Part shown: piece after piece, positions 18,064 to 26,832 of the stretch
Position numbering within the stretch: the first letter of the stretch is position 1
How the letters are laid out: every line of letters starts with the position of its first letter
Source: an uncultured Eubacteriales bacterium
GTDB lineage: Bacteria > Bacillota > Clostridia > Christensenellales > CAG-138
Assembly: GCA_900319345.1 (NCBI GenBank)
Contig: ONNZ01000005.1
Coordinates: forward strand, 18,581-82,580
Length of the DNA: 64,000 bases
Direction of reading: 5' to 3'
Made by a program: the position numbers and the translations under genes
Notes under the pieces: generated by a model
What the model was told of the DNA's origin: nothing
Database searches by the model: none
What the model saw: the letters and a program-made list of their open reading frames with translations, nothing else

Positions 18064-19134
18064 CTAAGCTTCCATGAAAAGGATTTCTTTCACCTGGTCG
18101 CCAAACACCTCTTTCACCTTGCGACGGATGGCCGCCTCGTCCTTTTTGAGCCGCTTGTCGAAGGAGGTGACGATGACTTTTTGACCGTCCAGCTTCCACC
18201 GGGCCCGGATGCGGCCTCGGATCAGGATAGACGGGGAGACGATGCCGGAGATGTTGGTCAGCTCCCGTAGGAACCGCCTGTCGATCATGCGCTCCCGGTC
18301 CCTGTACCCCAGGACCAGCTGATCGAAGCCGGGCACCAGGACGCACGCGGGAATTTCCCCGTCCCTGATAGGCTCGTGGAGACTGTAGTACTGCTTGCTG
18401 TCGATCGAGGTGCAACATAGCTCCGGCAGCAGTTCTTGCAGCAGCGGGTCCATATCCGACTTCTTCCAGTTGCTGAAGAAATACCGGCAGTCGGACAGGG
18501 TGGCCGGACCGTAGTGATGGAAGTACCGCCTAAGGAACACCCGCCGAGCCTGGTCCCGATCCAACCACTGGACGGACTTCGGTAGAAAATAGGCCTTCTG
18601 GGTTCCCGTGCCGCATACGATCCGGCCCCGGCAGACCATCTCCCGGATGAGCCCGCCCCAGCCGTAGAATACCTGGTGGAGCAGCTCCTCCCCCATGCCC
18701 TTATGGGCGCAGGCGACTTTGAGCCCGTCTCGGCTGTTGTTGCCTTTCCCTATCTGCTCCTCAATGAAGGGGGCCCAATACTCGGCGTCCGCCTGGGAGA
18801 TGCCCCAATACCCATGGACGAAGGGACCGGCGTTATCATAAGCAGAAAGGTGGAGCCCCAGCTCGTCCTCAGGCACCAGGTGCATGGTGCCCCGATGGGA
18901 CCATATCTTCACGAGTCCCGCGAAGGGGTCGGCCTCATGGTAATCTGACGCCCGTATCCTCAGCGACGCCTTGGGATAGTTGGCGAACTGAGCCTGTAGG
19001 CCCATCAGGTCGGACACCACCCTGTGCGTGTCCGCTTTATCCAGCAGATACAGTCCCTTTAGGGAATTATATAGAAGCATCTCTTTGCCTGTCATGCAAA
19101 TATGGTTCCCGTTTCGTTTTTTGTATTCTACCAT
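18064..19134 (-). CDS. AlkZ-like (HTH_42) DNA glycosylase
   Basis: GLQAQ (QxQ) motif, KIWSHRGTMHLV, YFHHYGPAT, LVPGFDQLVLGYRDR. Confidence 0.85.
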   Translation of the reverse strand: MVEYKKRNGNHICMTGKEMLLYNSLKGLYLLDKADTHRVVSDLMGLQAQFANYPKASLRIRASDYHEADPFAGLVKIWSHRGTMHLVPEDELGLHLSAYDNAGPFVHGYWGISQADAEYWAPFIEEQIGKGNNSRDGLKVACAHKGMGEELLHQVFYGWGGLIREMVCRGRIVCGTGTQKAYFLPKSVQWLDRDQARRVFLRRYFHHYGPATLSDCRYFFSNWKKSDMDPLLQELLPELCCTSIDSKQYYSLHEPIRDGEIPACVLVPGFDQLVLGYRDRERMIDRRFLRELTNISGIVSPSILIRGRIRARWKLDGQKVIVTSFDKRLKKDEAAIRRKVKEVFGDQVKEILFMEA

Positions 19135-19224
19135 ATCTATCCCGTCAGGGCAAATAAAACCTGAAGGTTGTACAACCAGGTGGGAGTATGGTATACTTTA
19201 CCCAGTAAACAGGAGGTGAACGGG

Positions 19225-21024
19225 ATGCTGAACAAATTCTGCAAGAAGCCCCTTTATGAAGTGACCCAGACCATGGCCCGGGTGGCTATGGGCGTGGAGA
19301 AAGCGGAGCTGGTCATTAAGAACGCCAAGCTGGTGAACGTCTGCACCGCCGAGATCCAGGAGGGGATCGACGTAGCCATCGCCCAGGGCCGGATCGCCCT
19401 CGTGGGCGACGCCGCCCACTGCATCGGCGAGAACACCAAGGTCATCGACGCCGCGGGCCAATACATCGCGCCGGGCTTTATGGACGCCCACATCCATGTG
19501 GAATCCTCCATGATCAGCGTGGGCGAATACGCCCGGGCGGTGGTGCCCCACGGGACCACCGGCATCTTCATGGACCCCCACGAGATCTGCAACGTCTGCG
19601 GGCCTGAGGGTGTGAAGGCCATGATCGACGACGCCAAGCGCGCCCCCCTCAAGGCCATGTCCAATGTTCCCTCCTGCGTGCCCGCCGTGGCGGGCTTCGA
19701 GGACACGGGCTCCCACATCGGCCCCGAGGAGGTCCGTGAGATGATGACCTGGGACGGCATCATGGGTCTTGGGGAGATGATGAGCTTCCCCAACGTCCTC
19801 TGGGCGGAACCCAACATCCACGGGGAGCTGGCGGAAACCTTGAAAGCGGATCAGATCATCACCGGCCACTACTCCGTGCCCGACACAGGCATGGGTCTCA
19901 ACGCCTATATCGCCTCCGGTGTCCGCTGCTGCCACGAATCCACCCGGGCAGAGGACGTACTGGAAAAGATGCGCCGGGGCATGTACGCCCTCATGCGCTA
20001 CGGCAGCGCCTGGCACGACATGCCCGTCATCATCAAGGCGGTGCTGGACAACCATATCGACGACCGCTTCGCCTGCCTCATCTCCGACGACACCCACCCC
20101 GATACCCTGATCCAGGACGGGCATCTCGACCATATCGTCCGCTGTGCCATCAAGGAAGGGCTGGACCCCATCAAGGCCATCCAGTACGTGACCATCAATC
20201 CGGCCACCTGCTTTAGGATGGACCACGAGATGGGCAGCATCGCCCCGGGCAAGTGCGCCGACATCGTGTTCTTCGACGACCTCAACGATATCCGCATCAC
20301 TCGCACCATCATCGACGGCGACGTGGTGGCAGAGAACGGGAAGATGACCGTGGAGATCGGCAAGCCCAACTTCCCTGCCCATATCTACGACACCATGCAT
20401 GTGGGCCATCCCATCACCGCTGACAGCTTCAAGATCGCCGCGCCCAAGGACAAGGACGTGGTCAAGACCCGGGTCATCGAGATCATCCCCAACCGGGTTG
20501 GCAATTACGAGCGCATCATGGAGCTGAAGGCCAAGGATGGATATCTGGAGGCCGATCCCGGGCATGACCTGCTGAAGATGGCCGTCTTCGAGCGCCATCA
20601 CGAGACGGGCACCAAAGGCGTGGGCTTCCTCAAGGGATTCGGGTTCAAGAAGGGCGCCATGGCCCAGACCGTGGCCCACGACGCCCACAACCTGCTGGTG
20701 GCAGGCACCAACGACGAGGATATGGCTCTCGCCGCCAACACCCTGATCGTATGCGGCGGCGGCCTCTGCGCCGTGGCGGACGGCAAGGTGCTGGCTCTGG
20801 TGCCCCTGCCCATCGCGGGCCTTATGAACGACCTGCCCGTGGAGGAGATGGCGGACCTGGTTAGCAAGCTCAGCGACGCCTGGCAGCAGATGGGCTGCGT
20901 CATCAACTCCCCCTACATGACCATGGCCCTCATCCCCCTGGCCTGCCTGCCGGAGCTGCGGCTCACCAACCGAGGCCTGGTGGACTGCCGGACCTTCCAG
21001 TTTGTGGACCTGTTCGTGGAGTAA
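19225..21024 (+). CDS. ade: Adenine deaminase
   Basis: DAHIHVESS, DPHEICNV, CHES, AQTVAHDAHN; SD AGGAGG. Confidence 0.95.
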   Translation: MLNKFCKKPLYEVTQTMARVAMGVEKAELVIKNAKLVNVCTAEIQEGIDVAIAQGRIALVGDAAHCIGENTKVIDAAGQYIAPGFMDAHIHVESSMISVGEYARAVVPHGTTGIFMDPHEICNVCGPEGVKAMIDDAKRAPLKAMSNVPSCVPAVAGFEDTGSHIGPEEVREMMTWDGIMGLGEMMSFPNVLWAEPNIHGELAETLKADQIITGHYSVPDTGMGLNAYIASGVRCCHESTRAEDVLEKMRRGMYALMRYGSAWHDMPVIIKAVLDNHIDDRFACLISDDTHPDTLIQDGHLDHIVRCAIKEGLDPIKAIQYVTINPATCFRMDHEMGSIAPGKCADIVFFDDLNDIRITRTIIDGDVVAENGKMTVEIGKPNFPAHIYDTMHVGHPITADSFKIAAPKDKDVVKTRVIEIIPNRVGNYERIMELKAKDGYLEADPGHDLLKMAVFERHHETGTKGVGFLKGFGFKKGAMAQTVAHDAHNLLVAGTNDEDMALAANTLIVCGGGLCAVADGKVLALVPLPIAGLMNDLPVEEMADLVSKLSDAWQQMGCVINSPYMTMALIPLACLPELRLTNRGLVDCRTFQFVDLFVE

Positions 21025-21037
21025 CCCAAAGCAAAGG

Positions 21038-21077
21038 AAAAGCGGCTTTCCGATCCGATCGGAGAGCCGCTTGTTTT
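21038..21077. terminator. Bidirectional terminator
   Basis: AAGCGGCTTTCCGAT-CCG-ATCGGAGAGCCGCTT between convergent genes. Confidence 0.75.
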
Positions 21078-21954
21078 ATAGATCGAACAGGCTCATCTTG
21101 GCCTTGTTCTCGGGGAAGTCGTACATATATTCGAAGCACGCCTCCGGGGTGGCCAGGATATCGTTTTTGTCACAGATACTGTGAAGCAGCTTCCTTAGCT
21201 CCTTCGCCCGGGGGCTGGGCAGCTCGTAGGCGTTGCCGTACGTTCGGATATAGCGCTCCTTCATGCTCGGGAAATGCCGGTCCAGGGCCGCGTAGTAGTA
21301 TTCCCGATCCCCTTCCCGCAACGTCAGGCCCATGCCGAAATCGATTACGCCCTTGACGCCTACCCGGACGCACTCCTTCAGGATGGCTTCGACGTTCTCC
21401 GGCGTGTCGTTGATAAAGGGCAGGATGGGTGTGAGCCACACCACGGTGGGTATCCCCCGCTCCTGCATACGTTCCAGCACCTCGATCCGCCGTTTTGTGT
21501 TGCACACATTAGGTTCTAAAATGCTGCACAGTTCGTCGTCGTATGTAGTCAGCGTCATCTGCACCACGCATTTAGCCGACCAATTGATCTCGTCCAGCAG
21601 GTCCAGGTCCCGCAGTATCCTGTCCGACTTGGTCTGGATGGCCACGCCGAAGCCGTACCTTTGTAGGACTTCAAGGCACCGCCGAGTGAGCCCCAACTGC
21701 TCCTCGCAGTGCATGTAGGGGTCAGACATGGACCCGGTGCCGATCATGCACCTCTTTCGCTTCGATTGCAGGGCCTTTTCCAGCAGCTCCGGAGCGTTCC
21801 GCTTTACCTCGATATCTTCAAACAGGTGCGTGAACTGATAGCACCGGCTGCGGCTGTCGCAGTACACGCAGCCGTGGGTGCAGCCCCGGTATATGTTCAT
21901 ACCGAGATGTCCCCCGCTACCGGTCAATATTCCCTTGGCGTCTACAAAGTGCAT
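21076..21954 (-). CDS. Radical SAM protein (spore photoproduct lyase-like/Rv2578c family)
   Basis: NIYRGCTHGCVYCDSR, SDPY, TKSDRILRD, PILPFIND. Confidence 0.88.
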   Translation of the reverse strand: MHFVDAKGILTGSGGHLGMNIYRGCTHGCVYCDSRSRCYQFTHLFEDIEVKRNAPELLEKALQSKRKRCMIGTGSMSDPYMHCEEQLGLTRRCLEVLQRYGFGVAIQTKSDRILRDLDLLDEINWSAKCVVQMTLTTYDDELCSILEPNVCNTKRRIEVLERMQERGIPTVVWLTPILPFINDTPENVEAILKECVRVGVKGVIDFGMGLTLREGDREYYYAALDRHFPSMKERYIRTYGNAYELPSPRAKELRKLLHSICDKNDILATPEACFEYMYDFPENKAKMSLFDL

Positions 21955-21961
21955 GGATGGG

Positions 21962-23311
21962 TCAGGGACGCGTCAGCAAGCAAACTGATTCTACATGCCC
22001 GCAGCGGGGGAACATATCCACGGGCTGGACGGCTTGGACGGTGAAGCCGCCGGCGGTGAGGAGCTTCACGTCCCGGGCCAAGGTGGCGGGGTTGCAGGAG
22101 ACATAGACCATGCGCTGGGCGCCGGAGGCAAGGATGGCGTCGATGACCTGGGAGTCGCAGCCCTTGCGGGGCGGGTCCACGGTGAGACAGTCGATGGTTT
22201 GGCCATCCGCCACCAGCCTGGGCAGGGCGTCCTCCGCAGGCGCGCAGAGGAAGGAAGCGTTCCGAATGCCGTTCCTGGCGGCGTTCTCCCTGGCGTTCTC
22301 CACCGCCTCTGGGACCACTTCGATGCCGATGACCTTCCCGGCCTTCCGGGCCAGGAGCAGGCTGATGGTGCCGATGCCGCAGTAGACGTCGGCTACGGTT
22401 TCGGTAGGCTGAGGAGAAAGCAGCTCCAGGGCGGCCCCATAGAGCTTTTGAGTCTGCACCGGATTCACCTGCAGGAAGGACCGTGGACTCACCTCGAAAT
22501 CAAGGCCACATAAGGTCTCTCGCAGGGTGGGTTTGCCGGATAGCAGGGTGAAGCTGTCACCGAAGATCACGTTGGTGTTTCTATCGTTCTGGTTCCAACA
22601 GACGCTTTCCGCGAAGGACAGGGCGTCCACCAGCTCCTTTTTGTGGGAGAGTTCACCCCGGGTGACGACGACGATCATCAGCTCCCCGGCGGTGGTCACC
22701 CGGGCCACGGCGTGGCGCAGGCACCCCTTCCCCGTCCCCTCGTCGTAGGGTTGTATAGCATACCTCTCGGCCCAGATCTTTACAGCGTTGACGGCGTCGC
22801 AGACCTGTTTTTGTTCGATGAGGCAATCGTCAACAGCTACCAGCCGATGACTCCGGGGGACGTAGAACCCGAAGGCCGGGCCCCGATCCGTCATGCCGTA
22901 GGGGAAAGCGCCCTTGTTCCGATACCGGTCCGGCGCATCCATGCCCAGGATAGGCCGCAGGGGCACGTTTTGCAGCCCGCCCAGCCGCGTCATGGCCTCC
23001 GCCACCTGCTGCTCCTTGATGCGCAGCTCCTCCTCGTAGGACACGTGACCGAAGGCGCAGCCCCCGCAGCGGGCATAGACGGTGCAGTTGGGTTCCACCC
23101 GATGGGGCGAGGGCGCCATCACGTCCAGCAGCTTTCCAATGGCATAGGAGGCGGTGACTTTGATGATGTGCACCCGCACCCGTTCCCCTGCCAGCGCGCC
23201 GGGCACGAACACGGCGAAGCCGTCCACCCGGCCTACGCCCGCCCCCTCCAGGGTGACGCTGTGGATGGTCAGCTCCAATTCCTCGTTCTTTTCTATAGGC
23301 GGTCTGTTCAT
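21962..23311 (-). CDS. rlmD: 23S rRNA (uracil-1939-C5)-methyltransferase
   Basis: TRAM domain, CGGC, SFLQVN, DVYCGIGTI, DPPRKG, YVSCNPATLARD, DMFP. Confidence 0.93.
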   Translation of the reverse strand: MNRPPIEKNEELELTIHSVTLEGAGVGRVDGFAVFVPGALAGERVRVHIIKVTASYAIGKLLDVMAPSPHRVEPNCTVYARCGGCAFGHVSYEEELRIKEQQVAEAMTRLGGLQNVPLRPILGMDAPDRYRNKGAFPYGMTDRGPAFGFYVPRSHRLVAVDDCLIEQKQVCDAVNAVKIWAERYAIQPYDEGTGKGCLRHAVARVTTAGELMIVVVTRGELSHKKELVDALSFAESVCWNQNDRNTNVIFGDSFTLLSGKPTLRETLCGLDFEVSPRSFLQVNPVQTQKLYGAALELLSPQPTETVADVYCGIGTISLLLARKAGKVIGIEVVPEAVENARENAARNGIRNASFLCAPAEDALPRLVADGQTIDCLTVDPPRKGCDSQVIDAILASGAQRMVYVSCNPATLARDVKLLTAGGFTVQAVQPVDMFPRCGHVESVCLLTRP

Positions 23312-26300
23312 CGCAGGATCACGTTCTCCTTGCCGAATACGGCCTGCAGAGTGCTCATGAGCTCCTCGTCCACCTTCACGTTCCAGTCCCGGGGCGCGCC
23401 CTTGGCCTGGCGCTTCGAATCCACCAGCACGATGGGGGTCTGGCCCGGGTAGTTCTGGATGATTTTCTGGACCTTGTAGGAATCGGACAGGACCGTCAGC
23501 CGGATGTACAGCTTCTTGGAAGCACCCTCCAGGTCCGTCAGCTCCTCGATCAGCAGGGAGTTGACCCGATCCTCCCGGATGTTCAGCCGGCCCTTCACCA
23601 GCACCGGGGCGTCGTCGTGGAAATAGCGGCCGTAGAGCTGCAGAGTCCGGGGGAAGATCACCGTCTCCACTGTGCCCGTGACGCCCTCCAAATTGGCGTA
23701 GCCCATCATGCCCGTGTTGCCCTTGGTGGGGCGGGTCTTACAGGCGGTCAAGAGGCCGCCCACGGTCACGTATGCGTTATCCTCCAAGGTGGTGCCGTCC
23801 GCTTCGGCCAGGTCCATCACGCTGACGGAAAGGCCCGACAGCACGTCCATATAGTCGTCCAAGGGGTGGCCGGAGAGATACAGGCCTGTGGCCTCCCGCT
23901 CCTTCTGCAGCAGGAGCTTGTGGGGCATCTCCGCCGACGGTAGGATGGGCGGATGGCTGGAGACGGAGGCGTCCCCGTCGTCGAAATCGAACAGAGACAT
24001 CTGCCCCGCATCCCGATTCTTTTTCGTCTTGGCCGCCAGCTCCATGGCCTGGTCGTAGACCTTCAACAGCTGGGTCCTGGTGTAGCCCATGGAATCGAAG
24101 CAGCCCGCGTAGATCATGTTCTCCACCATGCGCTTGTTGAGGCTGGGAGCCCGATCGCAGAAGTCCCAGAAGTCCTTGAAGGGCCCATGGGCCTCCCGTT
24201 CCTTCACCAGCTCCTCCATGATCCCTTCGCCCACGTTCTTCACGGCCGCCAGGCCGAAACGAATGCAGCCGTTCTCCACGGAGAACTTGGGCCGGGACCG
24301 GTTCACGTCCGGTCCAAGGACCCTGATGCCGCTCCTGCGGGCGGAGTACACGTACTCGGCCACGGAATCGGAGTTGTACATATAGCCGTTGATCATGGCG
24401 GCCAGGAACTCCACGGGGAAATAGCGCTTGAGATAGGCCGTCCGGTAGGTGGTCACGGCGTAGCAGGCAGCGTGGGCTTTGTTGAAGGCGTAGGAAGCGA
24501 AGTCCATCATCTCGTCGAAGATATGGTCCGCCACCTGCTCCTTCACGCCCCGCTTCACAGCCCCTTCCACGCCGTCCGTGCCGTGGACGAAATACTCCCG
24601 CTCCCGGGCCATCACGTCGTGCTTCTTCTTGCTCATGGCCCGGCGGACGATGTCGGCTCGGCCCAGGGAGTAGCCGCCCAAGGTGCGGACAATCTCCATG
24701 ACCTGCTCCTGATAGACCATACAGCCGTAGGTGGTGGAGAGGATGGGCTCCAGGCGCTTGTCCTCATAGTGGACGGAGCTGGGATCGTGCTTGCCCTGGA
24801 TATACCGGGGGATGCTCTCCATGGGGCCTGGACGGTAGAGGGCGATGCCAGCGATGATATCCTCGAAGCAGTCGGGTTTGAGCTGCATGAGGAACTGGCG
24901 CATGCCAGCAGATTCCAGCTGGAACACCCCGTCCGTGTCCCCCCGGGAGATCATGTCGTATACCTCTTTGTCGGAGAAATCGTTGGTGGAGAAATCCGGC
25001 GCCTCCTTCCCCTGCTCCCGGATGAAGGCCAGGGCGTCCCGGATGATGGTCAGGGTCCGAAGGCCCAAAAAGTCCATCTTGAGGAGGCCCAGTTCCTCCA
25101 GGGTGGTCATGGGGAACTGAGTGGTCAAGACTCCATCGTTGCTCTGGAGCGGCACCACCGTCTCGAGGGGCACCCCGGAGATCACCACGCCGGCCGCATG
25201 GGTGGAGCTGTGGCGGGGCAACCCTTCCAGCTTCATGGATAGGTCCAGCACCTTCTTCGTGGTGGGGTCCGAGTCATAGAGGCTCTTCAGCTCCGGCTGC
25301 ATTTGCATGGCGTCCTTCAGCGTGATCTTCAGCATGTTGGGCACCAGTTTGGCCAGCTTGTCCGCGTCGGCGTAGGGCACCCGCAATACCCGGCACACGT
25401 CGCGGATAACGGCCTTGGCCGCCATGGTGCCGAAGGTTATGATCTGGGACACGTGGCCTTCGCCGTACTTCTCCCCCACGTAGTCAATGACCTCCTGCCG
25501 CCGCTCGTAGCAGAAGTCCACGTCGAAATCAGGCATGGACACCCGTTCGGGGTTCAAAAACCGCTCGAACAGCAGGGCGTATTTCAGAGGGTCGATATCC
25601 GTGATGCCCATGCAGTAGGCCGCCAGGCTCGCTGCGCCGCTGCCTCGTCCGGGACCCACCATGATGTTGTGGGATTTGGCGAAGTGGATGAAGTCCCAGA
25701 CGATGAGATAGTAGTCCACGAACCCCATGTTCTCCACCACGGAGAGCTCATAGTTGAGCCGGTCCCAGGCCTCCTTCCCGGCGTTGGGCATCTTCTTGGC
25801 CATGCCCTCCTCACAGAGCTGTCGAAGATATGTCCGGTTGTCCATGCCGTCGGGCGCCGTGAACTTTGGCAAACGCCGCTTTCCGAATTCGATCTCCACG
25901 TTGCACTTGTCCACGATCTCCATGGTGTTTCGGAGGGACTGCTCCTCCCCAGGCAGGAACTGCAGCAGCTCCTCGGCTGATTTGCAGTAGAACTCCTCCG
26001 CACCCATGCGCATCCGGTCCTGTTCGTCCACGAACCGCTGGGTCTGGATGCACAACAGCACGTCCTGGGCCTCCGCATCCTCCTTGTCCGTGTAGTGGAT
26101 ATCATTGGTGACGATGGTCTTGATGCCCAGCTCGTAGGCCAGCCGCTTCAGCTTGGGCAAAATGATCTTCTGCTCCCGGATGCCGTGGTTCTGTAGCTCG
26201 ATATAGAAGTCCTCACCGAACATGTCCTTGAGGCGACGGGCCAGCTTGTACGCTTCCTCGTCACGGTCATGGAGCAGGAACTGGGGAATATCGCCGCCGA

Positions 26301-26718
26301 TGCAGGCAGAGGTGCAGATCAGCCCCTCCCGATGCTTCGAAAGCAGATCATAATCGATCCGCGGCTTATAGTAGAAGCCGTGGATGAAGGCTTCAGAGGA
26401 GAGCCGCATCAGGTTTTGGTAGCCTACCTCATTCTTGGCCAGCAGGATCAGATGCCCGTATTCCCGATCCATCTTCGCATCCTTGAAGGTATATCCCCGG
26501 GGCGCTACGTAGGTCTCAATCCCGATGATGGGCTTGATCCCTTGCTTCTTGCATTCTCGATAGAAGTCGATAACGCCGTACATGACCCCGTGGTCCGTGA
26601 TGGCCATGGCGGTCTGCCCCAGGGCCTTAGCGCGGGCTACCAAAGCCGGAATACGGGACGCTCCGTCCAGCAAGGAGTATTGAGTATGCACGTGCAGATG
26701 CGCGAAGGGAATGGACAT
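23308..26718 (-). CDS. dnaE: DNA polymerase III alpha subunit
   Basis: PHP HLHVHTQYSLLDG, GPGRGS, PDFDVDF, KMDFLGL, YAFNKAH, C-terminal OB fold; no intein-sized insert. Confidence 0.97.
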   Translation of the reverse strand: MSIPFAHLHVHTQYSLLDGASRIPALVARAKALGQTAMAITDHGVMYGVIDFYRECKKQGIKPIIGIETYVAPRGYTFKDAKMDREYGHLILLAKNEVGYQNLMRLSSEAFIHGFYYKPRIDYDLLSKHREGLICTSACIGGDIPQFLLHDRDEEAYKLARRLKDMFGEDFYIELQNHGIREQKIILPKLKRLAYELGIKTIVTNDIHYTDKEDAEAQDVLLCIQTQRFVDEQDRMRMGAEEFYCKSAEELLQFLPGEEQSLRNTMEIVDKCNVEIEFGKRRLPKFTAPDGMDNRTYLRQLCEEGMAKKMPNAGKEAWDRLNYELSVVENMGFVDYYLIVWDFIHFAKSHNIMVGPGRGSGAASLAAYCMGITDIDPLKYALLFERFLNPERVSMPDFDVDFCYERRQEVIDYVGEKYGEGHVSQIITFGTMAAKAVIRDVCRVLRVPYADADKLAKLVPNMLKITLKDAMQMQPELKSLYDSDPTTKKVLDLSMKLEGLPRHSSTHAAGVVISGVPLETVVPLQSNDGVLTTQFPMTTLEELGLLKMDFLGLRTLTIIRDALAFIREQGKEAPDFSTNDFSDKEVYDMISRGDTDGVFQLESAGMRQFLMQLKPDCFEDIIAGIALYRPGPMESIPRYIQGKHDPSSVHYEDKRLEPILSTTYGCMVYQEQVMEIVRTLGGYSLGRADIVRRAMSKKKHDVMAREREYFVHGTDGVEGAVKRGVKEQVADHIFDEMMDFASYAFNKAHAACYAVTTYRTAYLKRYFPVEFLAAMINGYMYNSDSVAEYVYSARRSGIRVLGPDVNRSRPKFSVENGCIRFGLAAVKNVGEGIMEELVKEREAHGPFKDFWDFCDRAPSLNKRMVENMIYAGCFDSMGYTRTQLLKVYDQAMELAAKTKKNRDAGQMSLFDFDDGDASVSSHPPILPSAEMPHKLLLQKEREATGLYLSGHPLDDYMDVLSGLSVSVMDLAEADGTTLEDNAYVTVGGLLTACKTRPTKGNTGMMGYANLEGVTGTVETVIFPRTLQLYGRYFHDDAPVLVKGRLNIREDRVNSLLIEELTDLEGASKKLYIRLTVLSDSYKVQKIIQNYPGQTPIVLVDSKRQAKGAPRDWNVKVDEELMSTLQAVFGKENVILR

Positions 26719-26786
26719 CGTTTACCTCCCCAGTTTACTGTATTCAGTATAGCATATCCAGGCCAGTGATGAAAAGAGAAAAAAGG

Positions 26787-26816
26787 AAAAACGCCGCCCT
26801 GTTCAGGCGGCGTTTT
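26787..26816 (-). terminator. Intrinsic terminator of SH3-repeat gene
   Basis: AAAACGCCGCC-loop-GGCGGCGTTTT. Confidence 0.75.
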
Positions 26817-26832
26817 ATCAGTTTTGAGAGTA

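Noticed and set aside
23308-26718. Intein in DnaE
   Set aside because: 1136 aa is a normal length; no intein terminal motifs noticed.
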